Positions 9,207 to 16,115 of a DNA stretch of 64,000 nucleotides are shown here, in pieces. Location: assembly GCF_943914565.1 (NCBI RefSeq), contig NZ_CALUCN010000003.1:97054-161053 (forward strand), given 5' to 3'. How positions within the stretch are numbered: position 1 is the stretch's first letter; each line of letters begins with the position of its first letter. The notes under the pieces were generated by a model that had not been told where the DNA came from, ran no database searches, and saw nothing but the letters and a program-made list of their open reading frames with translations. This DNA is from an uncultured Tessaracoccus sp. (lineage in GTDB: Bacteria > Actinomycetota > Actinomycetes > Propionibacteriales > Propionibacteriaceae). The translations under genes were made by a program, and so were the position numbers.

Positions 9207-9226
9207 TGTAGACAACATGGTCTACA
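9207..9226. promoter_or_regulatory. candidate mazEF operator: inverted repeat TGTAGAC-N6-GTCTACA
   Basis: Perfect 7-bp inverted repeat centred about 25 bp upstream of the mazE start. Confidence 0.4.
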
Positions 9227-9476
9227 TGGGAGGTGGTGCGACGAACAGCTTGGCGGGTTCGGCTCCGGACGTTCTGCTTCGCCCGCCGGGTGGTTCAAGG
9301 CGGCCGCGCGCAGATGGTTCTTCACGTGGGGGTGCGGTGGAGTTCCGCTTCACCGTGTGCGTACGTGGGTCTGGGGGCACGCACGCCTCGGCGTAGGTCT
9401 GGTCGTGGCGTGCGCGTGGCGCGCGGCCCAGCCGTCCTGGGAGCGGGCTGCATGCTGTGGCCAAGGGCTCCGCCGC

Positions 9477-9755
9477 TCAGGCGACGCGGGAGCCGTAACG
9501 CTGGCGGGCTGCTTCACCGGAGGTGCCGACGAAGGTGCCGATGTTCGCCCAGGACATCCCCGAAGCGCGTGCGCTCCTGACCGCTTCGAGCAGATGTCGT
9601 TCAGCGGCTGATTGTTCGGCCACGGCGTCGCGGAGTCGACGGATGGCCGAAGGGTCGAGTTCGTGCTCAGCGTCGGGTTCGTAGTTCTCGAACCGTGCGG
9701 CGAGCTCGTCGGCATGAGCCAGGATCTGCTCGACTGTGCGCGGCATGGTCATCAC
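9477..9755 (-). CDS. small HTH-containing protein, putative antitoxin of the upstream toxin-like gene
   Basis: 92 aa. Acidic N-half, C-terminal HTH-like segment (SGMSWANIGTFVGTSGEAARQRY). 4-bp overlap with the upstream gene. Last gene of a three-gene overlapping operon. Confidence 0.5.
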   Translation of the reverse strand: MMTMPRTVEQILAHADELAARFENYEPDAEHELDPSAIRRLRDAVAEQSAAERHLLEAVRSARASGMSWANIGTFVGTSGEAARQRYGSRVA

Positions 9756-10102
9756 CTCAGAAACCTCTCACGGGCTCGCGTCGCATGGACGATGACGAAG
9801 GCGGTGGAGCCCTGGACGTAGCCGACCTCAAGGAAGAGGGCGGCCTGATTGGGGCCGACGATCATCGTGAACCCGTCCCCAAGATCCCAAGCGCGCAGGG
9901 GGTTCCTGTAGGCGTGAAGGATCTCGTCTTCCGTCAGCCCGGGCCCCAGTGCTGACTGGGCGATGATCGGCTCGTCCACGATTCCAAGGTACCTTGTCGT
10001 TGTGTCGGGCTCAACGGCGAGGGTGGTGCGTCGTCCGGGAGTCTCGGATGCGGGGTGCTTGGCCAGAGATGCCGACGCGTCCGCGATAACGACGTCGCTC
10101 AC
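9752..10102 (-). CDS. DUF497/BrnT-like (RelE-fold) putative toxin
   Basis: C-terminal 70 aa (AYRNPLRAW...FTMIVGPNQAALFLEVGYVQGSTAFVIVHATRARERF) resembles the BrnT family pattern (F-DP ... VV-T-R-...IRIISARKA..E), recalled from memory. GTG start overlapping the upstream stop (GTGA). The six-frame ORF is longer but its upstream part is GC run-on. Confidence 0.5.
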   Translation of the reverse strand: MSDVVIADASASLAKHPASETPGRRTTLAVEPDTTTRYLGIVDEPIIAQSALGPGLTEDEILHAYRNPLRAWDLGDGFTMIVGPNQAALFLEVGYVQGSTAFVIVHATRARERFLR

Positions 10103-10593
10103 CCGATCATGTAGGCGAGGCCCAGCCCACGCGTCGCTATGTCCCGTGCGAACGTGCGCGCCTGGCCGAAGTATTCGAGGAAGTAGTCGCGGTCGTCTTC
10201 GTCCAACGTCGCGCAGAAGGCGTCGAGCTCCTCGGGCGTGACGCTGTCCAGGTCGTCCGCGATGGCTGCGACGGTGGCCACGTCGAGCACGGCGAGGTGC
10301 GGGTCCCAGGCCCGGTCGGTCAGCACCAGCGTGACCTGCCCCTGGAACAGCTGATACGCAGGGCGCGCCTCGCCCCCGTCGGGCCAGCTGAAGCGTTGCA
10401 GGATGGACCAACACTTGTCGAGGTAGAGCATCTCCGGCTTCGGGCGGTCGGTGAAGGCCCAGTGGTGCTCGTCGATGGGCTCGAGGCCCCACGCATCGGC
10501 GAGCGGGTCATCGGACATGACGCACCACGGGTCGCGCCGAGCGGCCTCCACCATGGCGGGTTCGACTGGATAGGCGTAGTAACGGATTCCCAT
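10099..10593 (-). CDS. DUF1877 (YfbM-like) family protein
   Basis: Starts MGIRYYAYP (YfbM-like MGM-GYF start). LDKCWSILQRF and the C-terminal DYFLEYFGQ...G pattern resemble the YfbM family, recalled from memory. First gene of the three-gene operon. Confidence 0.55.
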   Translation of the reverse strand: MGIRYYAYPVEPAMVEAARRDPWCVMSDDPLADAWGLEPIDEHHWAFTDRPKPEMLYLDKCWSILQRFSWPDGGEARPAYQLFQGQVTLVLTDRAWDPHLAVLDVATVAAIADDLDSVTPEELDAFCATLDEDDRDYFLEYFGQARTFARDIATRGLGLAYMIG

Positions 10594-10736
10594 GTCTGCA
10601 AGATGGCAGTGGCGAAGGCCTGCTGCCCGCGCAGCGGCGAATCTGTGGAGAACTCCACGGCCGAGCACCCCGCAGGCCTCGCGCGCTGCTCTGGCGTGAC
10701 GAGCCCCGGGATTCGGGAACTGGGCCGCGGTTCTGC

Positions 10737-11276
10737 CTACTCGCCGACCTGGCCGTCGATGGCCTCTCGGAGGAGGTCCGCATGGCCGTTGTGCCGTGCG
10801 TACTCCTCGATCATGTGGGTGAGCACCCACCGAAGGCTGGGTGCGTGCCCGTCCGGCCAACGGCGACGCGTTGGTTGCGCCAACCCGTCACGGGCGCGGG
10901 CCGCTTCGGCATTGGAGCGGGCACGCGCGACGGCGTGCCGCCACAGGTCGTGGAGTGTTTCCGGGGTGTCGTCGGCAGCGGACTCCCATGCCCAGTCCGG
11001 CGTCGTGGCCCAATCGACTGAGGCCCAGGGTTCGCGGAGGGGCCGGTCGTACAGCCAGTGGTCGAACCAGTGGTCCTCGACGTGGGCGAGGTGCTTCATC
11101 AAGCCGCCGAGCGTCATGGTGCTGGGCGACAGCGGCTGCGCCAGCTGCTCCGCAGTGAGGCCGTCGCACTTCCAGGCGAACGTTGCTCGCAGGAAGTCGA
11201 GGAAGCCGGTCAGGGTGTCCCATTCATCGCCGTCGAGAGGAGGCTCTGGTCGGCCGTGTTGATCGATGTCTGGCAT
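10737..11276 (-). CDS. DinB_2/DUF664 family protein (mycothiol maleylpyruvate isomerase-like N-terminal fold)
   Basis: Four-helix-bundle signature with the C-terminal MIEEYARHNGHADLLRE motif typical of DUF664/DinB_2. Confidence 0.8.
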   Translation of the reverse strand: MPDIDQHGRPEPPLDGDEWDTLTGFLDFLRATFAWKCDGLTAEQLAQPLSPSTMTLGGLMKHLAHVEDHWFDHWLYDRPLREPWASVDWATTPDWAWESAADDTPETLHDLWRHAVARARSNAEAARARDGLAQPTRRRWPDGHAPSLRWVLTHMIEEYARHNGHADLLREAIDGQVGE

Positions 11277-11458
11277 GTTCGGATCCTACGACGAGGTGCT
11301 GGGAAGCGTCTTGGGCAGTCAGCGCACACGGCGGGCCAGGGGTCGCTCTCGCCTTCGTGCATCGCCCTGCCCCGAGGTTCGCCAGCACGCGGAGCCTCAC
11401 AGCGGACGCACAGCCAGGGCACAGGAGCCAGCGATGATGGCGGCCTGTACTGGTTGCC

Positions 11459-13552
11459 ATGACCGCTACGACTGTCGCCGATCCGGCTCCACCGATCCCA
11501 CCCACCACGTCCACGAGCTCGCCCACCGTCGCTGCCGTCCCCGGCCGCGCGCGATGGGCGACTCCCGCCGTCCTCGTGCTCATGCTCGCGGCCGGCGTCG
11601 TCTACGCCATGGGCATCAAGCTCGGGCTGATCCACAACTACTACGGACCCGCCGTCTACTCCATGTCCCAGAGCTGGAAGGCCTTCTTCTGGGGAGCCTT
11701 CGACGGCAGTTCCATCACGCTCGACAAGATCCCGGGCGCCTTCTGGATCCAAGCGCTGTCGGCGCGGATCTTCGGCTGGTCCACCTGGTCGGTGCTCATG
11801 CCCCAGGTCCTCCAAGCCGTCGCCGCGATCGGGGTCCTCTACGCCACCGTCCGCCGTTGGGCGGGCGACGTCGCCGGCTTCCTCGCCGCTGCGGCACTCG
11901 CGGTGACCCCCGTCCTCGCCGCACTGGCACACTCCCAGATCGTCGACACCCAGCTCCTCCTGCTCACCGTTTGCGCCGCTTGGGCCTGGACGCACGCCGT
12001 GCAGAAGGGGTCGGGGTGGTGGCTCGCCCTTGCCGGGGTGTTCGTCGGCATGGGCTTCAACGCCAAGATGGCGCAGGCATGGGGCATCCTGCCCGCCCTC
12101 GCGATCACATACCTCCTCTTCGCGCCGACGACGCAGGTGAAGCGCTGGCTCCACACCCTCGTCGCGGGGGTGGTCACCCTTGCCAGCTCGCTGTGGTGGG
12201 TCCTCATCGCGTCCTTGGTGCCGGCGAGCTCGCGCCCTTGGATCGACGGGGCCGCTGACAACTCGGTGTGGACCATGGTGTTCGAGTACAACCTCCTCGG
12301 CCGCTACGAGTCGGGCCAGGGTGGGCCGGGCGGTGCGTCGGGATGGACGTACCTGCTCTCGTCCGACGTCGCGACGCAGTTCGGCTGGCTCCTCCCGGCC
12401 GCTGTGGTCGGGTTCGCGATCGTGCTCTGGGACCGTCGTCGCGTGCCCAGGACCGACCTCGTCCGCGCCGCCACCGTCATGTGGGGTGTGTGGCTGGCGA
12501 CCTTCGTCGTCGCGTTCTCGACCGGCCGCGTCGCACACTCGTTCTACACCGTGGCGCTGGCCCCGGCCATCGTCGCCCTCGCCGCGACGGGGGCTGCGGT
12601 CGCGTGGCAGGCCGCGCGGCGTGGTCAGCGCTGGCCGGCGTTGGCGATGATCGTGCCCACCGTCGCGTGGACGGCGTACCTCACCTTGCAGTTCCCGACC
12701 TTCCAGACGTGGACCCTGCCCGTCGTGATCGCGCTCGCCGTGGTCGGCGCGGTCCTGCTCTTCGTGCGCAAGTCGCCGCTGGCGTTGCGGACGGGAGCCG
12801 CGGCCCTCGTGATCTCGGCGCTCCTCACCCCGGCGGTCTGGGCCGCGTCCACCGTGCAGTCCGGGTACTCGGGCGCGTCGATCGGCCCCGCCGCGGGTCC
12901 GGTCCAGACCATGGGCGGCGGCCCGGGTGGTCAAGGTGGCCCCGGCGGTCAGGGTGGACCTGATGGACAGGGCGCCCCCGGGGATGGCGACGGCCAGGGC
13001 GGCTCTCAGGGTCAGCAGGACGGGACACCGTCCCAGCAGGGCGGCCCCCAGGGCCAGCAGGACGGTACGCCTCCGTCCGACGGTGGCCAGCCCCCGGAAG
13101 GAGTGACTCCGCCGAGCGGTGGGCAGGCTCCGCAGGCCGGTCAGGGCCAGGCCGGCTCGCAGCCGGATGGTCAGCCCCAGGGCGGCCCAGGCATGGATGG
13201 TGGCTCGACGTCGCAGGCGAGCTCCGCGCTGGCGTACATCACCGAGCACGACCCCGGCACCGTGTACGACGTCGTCGTGTTCGGGTACGGCACCGCCGGC
13301 AGCTACATCCAGGCCGGAGGCCGGGTGATCAGCGTCGGAGGGTTCACCGGACAGATGGCCAACCTCACCCTGAGCGAACTCCAGGCCATGGTGGCCGCGC
13401 ACGAGGTCACCTACGTGGTCGTTGACGGTGGTGGCCAGGGTGGCGGCCCTGGCGGGGGCAGCGGTTCCAACTCCACCAGTGAGATCACCGAGTGGGTGAC
13501 CGCCAACGCCACGGAGGTCGACGGCTACAACGGGCTCTACCACTTCGAATAG
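11459..13552 (+). CDS. glycosyltransferase family 39 (ArnT/PMT-like) membrane protein with Gly/Pro/Gln-rich low-complexity region and C-terminal extra domain
   Basis: N-terminal multi-TM region with a GT39-like periplasmic loop (KIPGAFWIQALSARIFG). Residues about 480-590 are GGPGGQGG/QGQQDGTP repeats (nt about 12900-13230). Confidence 0.8.
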   Translation: MTATTVADPAPPIPPTTSTSSPTVAAVPGRARWATPAVLVLMLAAGVVYAMGIKLGLIHNYYGPAVYSMSQSWKAFFWGAFDGSSITLDKIPGAFWIQALSARIFGWSTWSVLMPQVLQAVAAIGVLYATVRRWAGDVAGFLAAAALAVTPVLAALAHSQIVDTQLLLLTVCAAWAWTHAVQKGSGWWLALAGVFVGMGFNAKMAQAWGILPALAITYLLFAPTTQVKRWLHTLVAGVVTLASSLWWVLIASLVPASSRPWIDGAADNSVWTMVFEYNLLGRYESGQGGPGGASGWTYLLSSDVATQFGWLLPAAVVGFAIVLWDRRRVPRTDLVRAATVMWGVWLATFVVAFSTGRVAHSFYTVALAPAIVALAATGAAVAWQAARRGQRWPALAMIVPTVAWTAYLTLQFPTFQTWTLPVVIALAVVGAVLLFVRKSPLALRTGAAALVISALLTPAVWAASTVQSGYSGASIGPAAGPVQTMGGGPGGQGGPGGQGGPDGQGAPGDGDGQGGSQGQQDGTPSQQGGPQGQQDGTPPSDGGQPPEGVTPPSGGQAPQAGQGQAGSQPDGQPQGGPGMDGGSTSQASSALAYITEHDPGTVYDVVVFGYGTAGSYIQAGGRVISVGGFTGQMANLTLSELQAMVAAHEVTYVVVDGGGQGGGPGGGSGSNSTSEITEWVTANATEVDGYNGLYHFE

Positions 13553-13558
13553 GTGCCG

Positions 13559-13611
13559 CACTGACCTGTGGGGCCCGACGCTCACCGAGCGTCGGGCCCC
13601 ACAGGTCAGTG
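13559..13611. terminator. bidirectional intrinsic terminator hairpin (perfect 24-bp stem, 5-nt loop)
   Basis: CACTGACCTGTGGGGCCCGACGCTC-ACCGA-GCGTCGGGCCCCACAGGTCAGTG, placed between the convergent GT39 gene (ends 13552) and the minus-strand gene ending at 13634. Confidence 0.6.
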
Positions 13612-13633
13612 CGCGCGTGGAGGCGGTGGGCGG

Positions 13634-14614
13634 TCAGACCCCCAGCCCGCCGTCAGCCGGAATCTCGGCGTCGGGGGTGCCCTCGGGGCGGGCCCAGCCG
13701 TCCTCGACCCGCTCGCGGGCGATCGCCTCGAGCCGGTCGAGGGCGTCGAAGGTCTCCACCCGTGACTTCTCCACGGTGACCGCACCGCCGACCGCACCCT
13801 CGATGATCGCGAGTCGCCGCGCCCGCAGCCGCGCCTCGAGGAAACGCCCGTCCTTCTCCAGGTACATGCGGCCCCACTCGGCCATGTTCTCGTCGAACAA
13901 CTCGTGGAACCAGCTGTTGTCCTCCTTCGACTCCTCGCCGAACTCCTCGTCGTCGAACTCGTTCTCGTCGGGGTCGGGGCTGACCGGGTCGATGTGGGGG
14001 TGCCATGTCATGGGGACGACGAGCACGCCCTCCGACGAGTCGTCCGGCCGGTGCGGGAGGTCGTGCTGGCGCAGGGCCTCGACCACGCGTCGCTCCAGCT
14101 CCTCGTCGTTGCCGCTCAGACTCCGGTACAGGATGATCACGTCGACGGGACCCAGGTGCAGGTCCTCGACCATCTGGAAGTGGGTGATGACCGCGCCGAG
14201 GTCGTCCTCGTCGTCGTCCATCTCGGCCCACTCGGTGAACTCCTCGACCACGATGCCCTGCGCACGCAACTCGTCGAAGGCCGCGCCCAGCCGGTCCACG
14301 TCGGTGGTCTCTCCGTCCCAGGCGCGGGTGCGGCGGGCGGTGTCGTTCCACACCGCCCGGACGAAGCGTTCGACGTAGGTCAAGCGCTCGTCGTCGTCCT
14401 CGATGGAGTCGAGCTGGTCGATCCATGTGTCGGGATCGGGATAGGTCTCGGGGTCCTCGAAGAGGGGATAGGCGATCTCCTCCGGTGGCTCGGAGCACGC
14501 GAGTACATCTGCGCGCACGGCCTCGACGAGGGTGGAAAGCTCGGGATCGGAAACAAGGTCAGCGGGATTCACGTTGGTCATGCGCCCAGTCTGTATGGCG
14601 CCCCGGGTCACCAT
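13634..14614 (-). CDS. hypothetical highly acidic protein
   Basis: 326 aa ORF (alternative start at Met-12, 14581). Very acidic with D/E runs. Co-oriented with the SMI1/KNR4 gene. No recognisable catalytic motif. Confidence 0.55.
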   Translation of the reverse strand: MVTRGAIQTGRMTNVNPADLVSDPELSTLVEAVRADVLACSEPPEEIAYPLFEDPETYPDPDTWIDQLDSIEDDDERLTYVERFVRAVWNDTARRTRAWDGETTDVDRLGAAFDELRAQGIVVEEFTEWAEMDDDEDDLGAVITHFQMVEDLHLGPVDVIILYRSLSGNDEELERRVVEALRQHDLPHRPDDSSEGVLVVPMTWHPHIDPVSPDPDENEFDDEEFGEESKEDNSWFHELFDENMAEWGRMYLEKDGRFLEARLRARRLAIIEGAVGGAVTVEKSRVETFDALDRLEAIARERVEDGWARPEGTPDAEIPADGGLGV

Positions 14615-14657
14615 CCACAGATCCCGGCACCCACGTTCGACAGATGACTGGCCGTGC

Positions 14658-15551
14658 CTACTCCTCGTGCTCGCCGCGCAGGTTCATCAGGAACTCGGGC
14701 AGACTGGTGCCCAGTTGCTGGAACGGCTCCGCAGTGTTGTCCACGAATGGTTGGAACCACACCTCGTCCTCGGCGTCGTACGTGAACGGGAAGACCGGGT
14801 CCCAACCACCCACGACGATCGCCCCGGGCCAGATCGCCCGGATCGCGGCATCCCAGGGATGGCGGTCGACGATCTCCTGCACCGAGAGCAACTCGACGCC
14901 GATCTCACGACCCCACGGGCGGATCCGCAGCGGGCCCTCGTATCCGTCCGTGCGCTCGAGGACGGCACGGAGATCGGCGGGCAACCGGACCCCGAGGGCA
15001 GCCTCGGCCCTCTCGATTGCCGCGGGGGAGGCGCCGTCACGGAAGGCCGACGGGTCGAGCGCGTCGAGCGGGTCGACGGGGATCTCGCCGGGGTAGGACA
15101 CCACCGTGCCGTGCCGGCCCGACGGCTCCTCGTCGGCCCGGGCGACGACCTGCGCGAGCAGGTCAGCGAACGAGCCTGCGCACTGGTCGAGCACGTCGCC
15201 TGATCCGAGGTCGACGTCGAGGTAGCGCGGTCCGTCCTCGCCCTGGTGCAGGATCCAGCGCCAGCTGTCCGCGCCTGCGACGGCGATCCCCAGCTCCTCG
15301 ACCGTGTCGTGGCCCATGTCCTCCTCGACGCCGTCGGCGTCGTTCACGGGGAAGTACTGCACCGACGTGCCGTCCGGCCGGAGCAGATCCCCGGCGTAGC
15401 CGCCGAAGCGACGCACGGCGTCGACGTAGTCCGGTGGCAGTGGGTGACCGAACAGGGTCGCGATGCGCGCCAGGTCCTGCTCGTCGCAGCCGGCCACCTC
15501 CTCGTCGGGCTCGAAGAAGCGGGTGAGGTCGTCCGGATCCGTCGCTGTCAT
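14658..15551 (-). CDS. SMI1/KNR4 family protein (tandem SMI1 domains), immunity-protein-like
   Basis: Two copies of the SMI1/KNR4 signature (LARIATLFGHPLPPDYVDAVRRFGG and AIERAEAALGVRLPADLRAVLERTDG). Acidic protein. Start at the internal ATG. Confidence 0.7.
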   Translation of the reverse strand: MTATDPDDLTRFFEPDEEVAGCDEQDLARIATLFGHPLPPDYVDAVRRFGGYAGDLLRPDGTSVQYFPVNDADGVEEDMGHDTVEELGIAVAGADSWRWILHQGEDGPRYLDVDLGSGDVLDQCAGSFADLLAQVVARADEEPSGRHGTVVSYPGEIPVDPLDALDPSAFRDGASPAAIERAEAALGVRLPADLRAVLERTDGYEGPLRIRPWGREIGVELLSVQEIVDRHPWDAAIRAIWPGAIVVGGWDPVFPFTYDAEDEVWFQPFVDNTAEPFQQLGTSLPEFLMNLRGEHEE

Positions 15552-15637
15552 GCGTGCAGCGTAGGCAGAGAGGTGGGTCACCCATGGGACGGTTCGAGTG
15601 ATCGGCCTGGCCACGGACGCCTCCTCGGACGCTGCGG

Positions 15638-15817
15638 TCAGGAAGCCTCGCCTTCGAGCGCGACGTCAGTCCGCACTCCGCCCCGGAGCGACGACGTCGA
15701 GCCCCAGGACGCAGTGGTGCGGTCGAGCCACGCCAAGAGGGTCTCGCGCTCCGGCTGGTCGACGAGCAGTGCCGCGAGCGCGGAGGTGTCCACGTAGATG
15801 GTCGCTACGACGCTCAT
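15638..15817 (-). pseudogene. vapC: VapC (PIN domain) toxin N-terminal fragment
   Basis: MSVVATIYVDTSALAALLVDQPERETLLAWLD is the PIN N-terminal strand-helix with the first catalytic Asp. The ORF stops after 59 aa. Upstream, only a 15-codon possible VapB C-terminal remnant is left. Confidence 0.45.
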
Positions 15818-15907
15818 GCATGCTCCTCGCGCAGCACGCGGCCCGACTCGTTGCGCTACTCGCGCTGGGACAGGGGTTCCGGTCGTGGCTCCGGCAGACT
15901 CATGCCT

Positions 15908-15937
15908 GTGGGGCGTAGCACCCGTGCTACGCCCCAC
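15908..15937. promoter_or_regulatory. perfect palindrome GTGGGGCGTAGCAC-CC-GTGCTACGCCCCAC (operator or bidirectional terminator)
   Basis: 14-bp perfect inverted repeat with a 2-bp centre in the divergent region between the vapC remnant and the phosphatase gene. Confidence 0.35.
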
Positions 15938-16005
15938 CGAGATTGTGCCCCGCAAGGTTGCGCCCAACGCGACAGTCCCGCGCACGGGTTCCCGGGTTTC
16001 GGAGA

Positions 16006-16027
16006 GTTCACCGATTCGTCACCTTCG
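16006..16027 (+). promoter_or_regulatory. PHO box (PhoP direct-repeat units GTTCACCGATT / CGTCACCTTCG)
   Basis: Two 11-nt direct repeat units with the GTTCACC core, about 90 bp upstream of the alkaline phosphatase ATG. Weaker GTTCCC/GTTTCG units lie just upstream. Confidence 0.5.
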
Positions 16028-16115
16028 CGTACTGAGACGTTTCCTCGACAGGGCTTGGATGGTCACCGCAGGCGCTGTGTGCCCACGTCGGGCACCCCCA
16101 TCGAGCAAGAAGGAA

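Noticed and set aside
8740-9396. 218-aa plus-strand ORF containing a third VEFRF peptide.
   Set aside because: Antisense to mazEF. The DNA-level match to the ychF-end repeat is only 9 bp.
11210-13585. 791-aa minus-strand ORF antisense to the GT39 gene. Similar giant antisense ORFs occur elsewhere (16008..19595 -, 50788..54525 +, 59344..62619 -, 22426..24726 + N-terminal part, 1946..4087 - N-terminal part).
   Set aside because: Typical stop-codon-poor shadow frames of 70% GC DNA. Arg/Gly/Pro/Ala-rich low-complexity translations. The opposite strand carries genes with clear family motifs.
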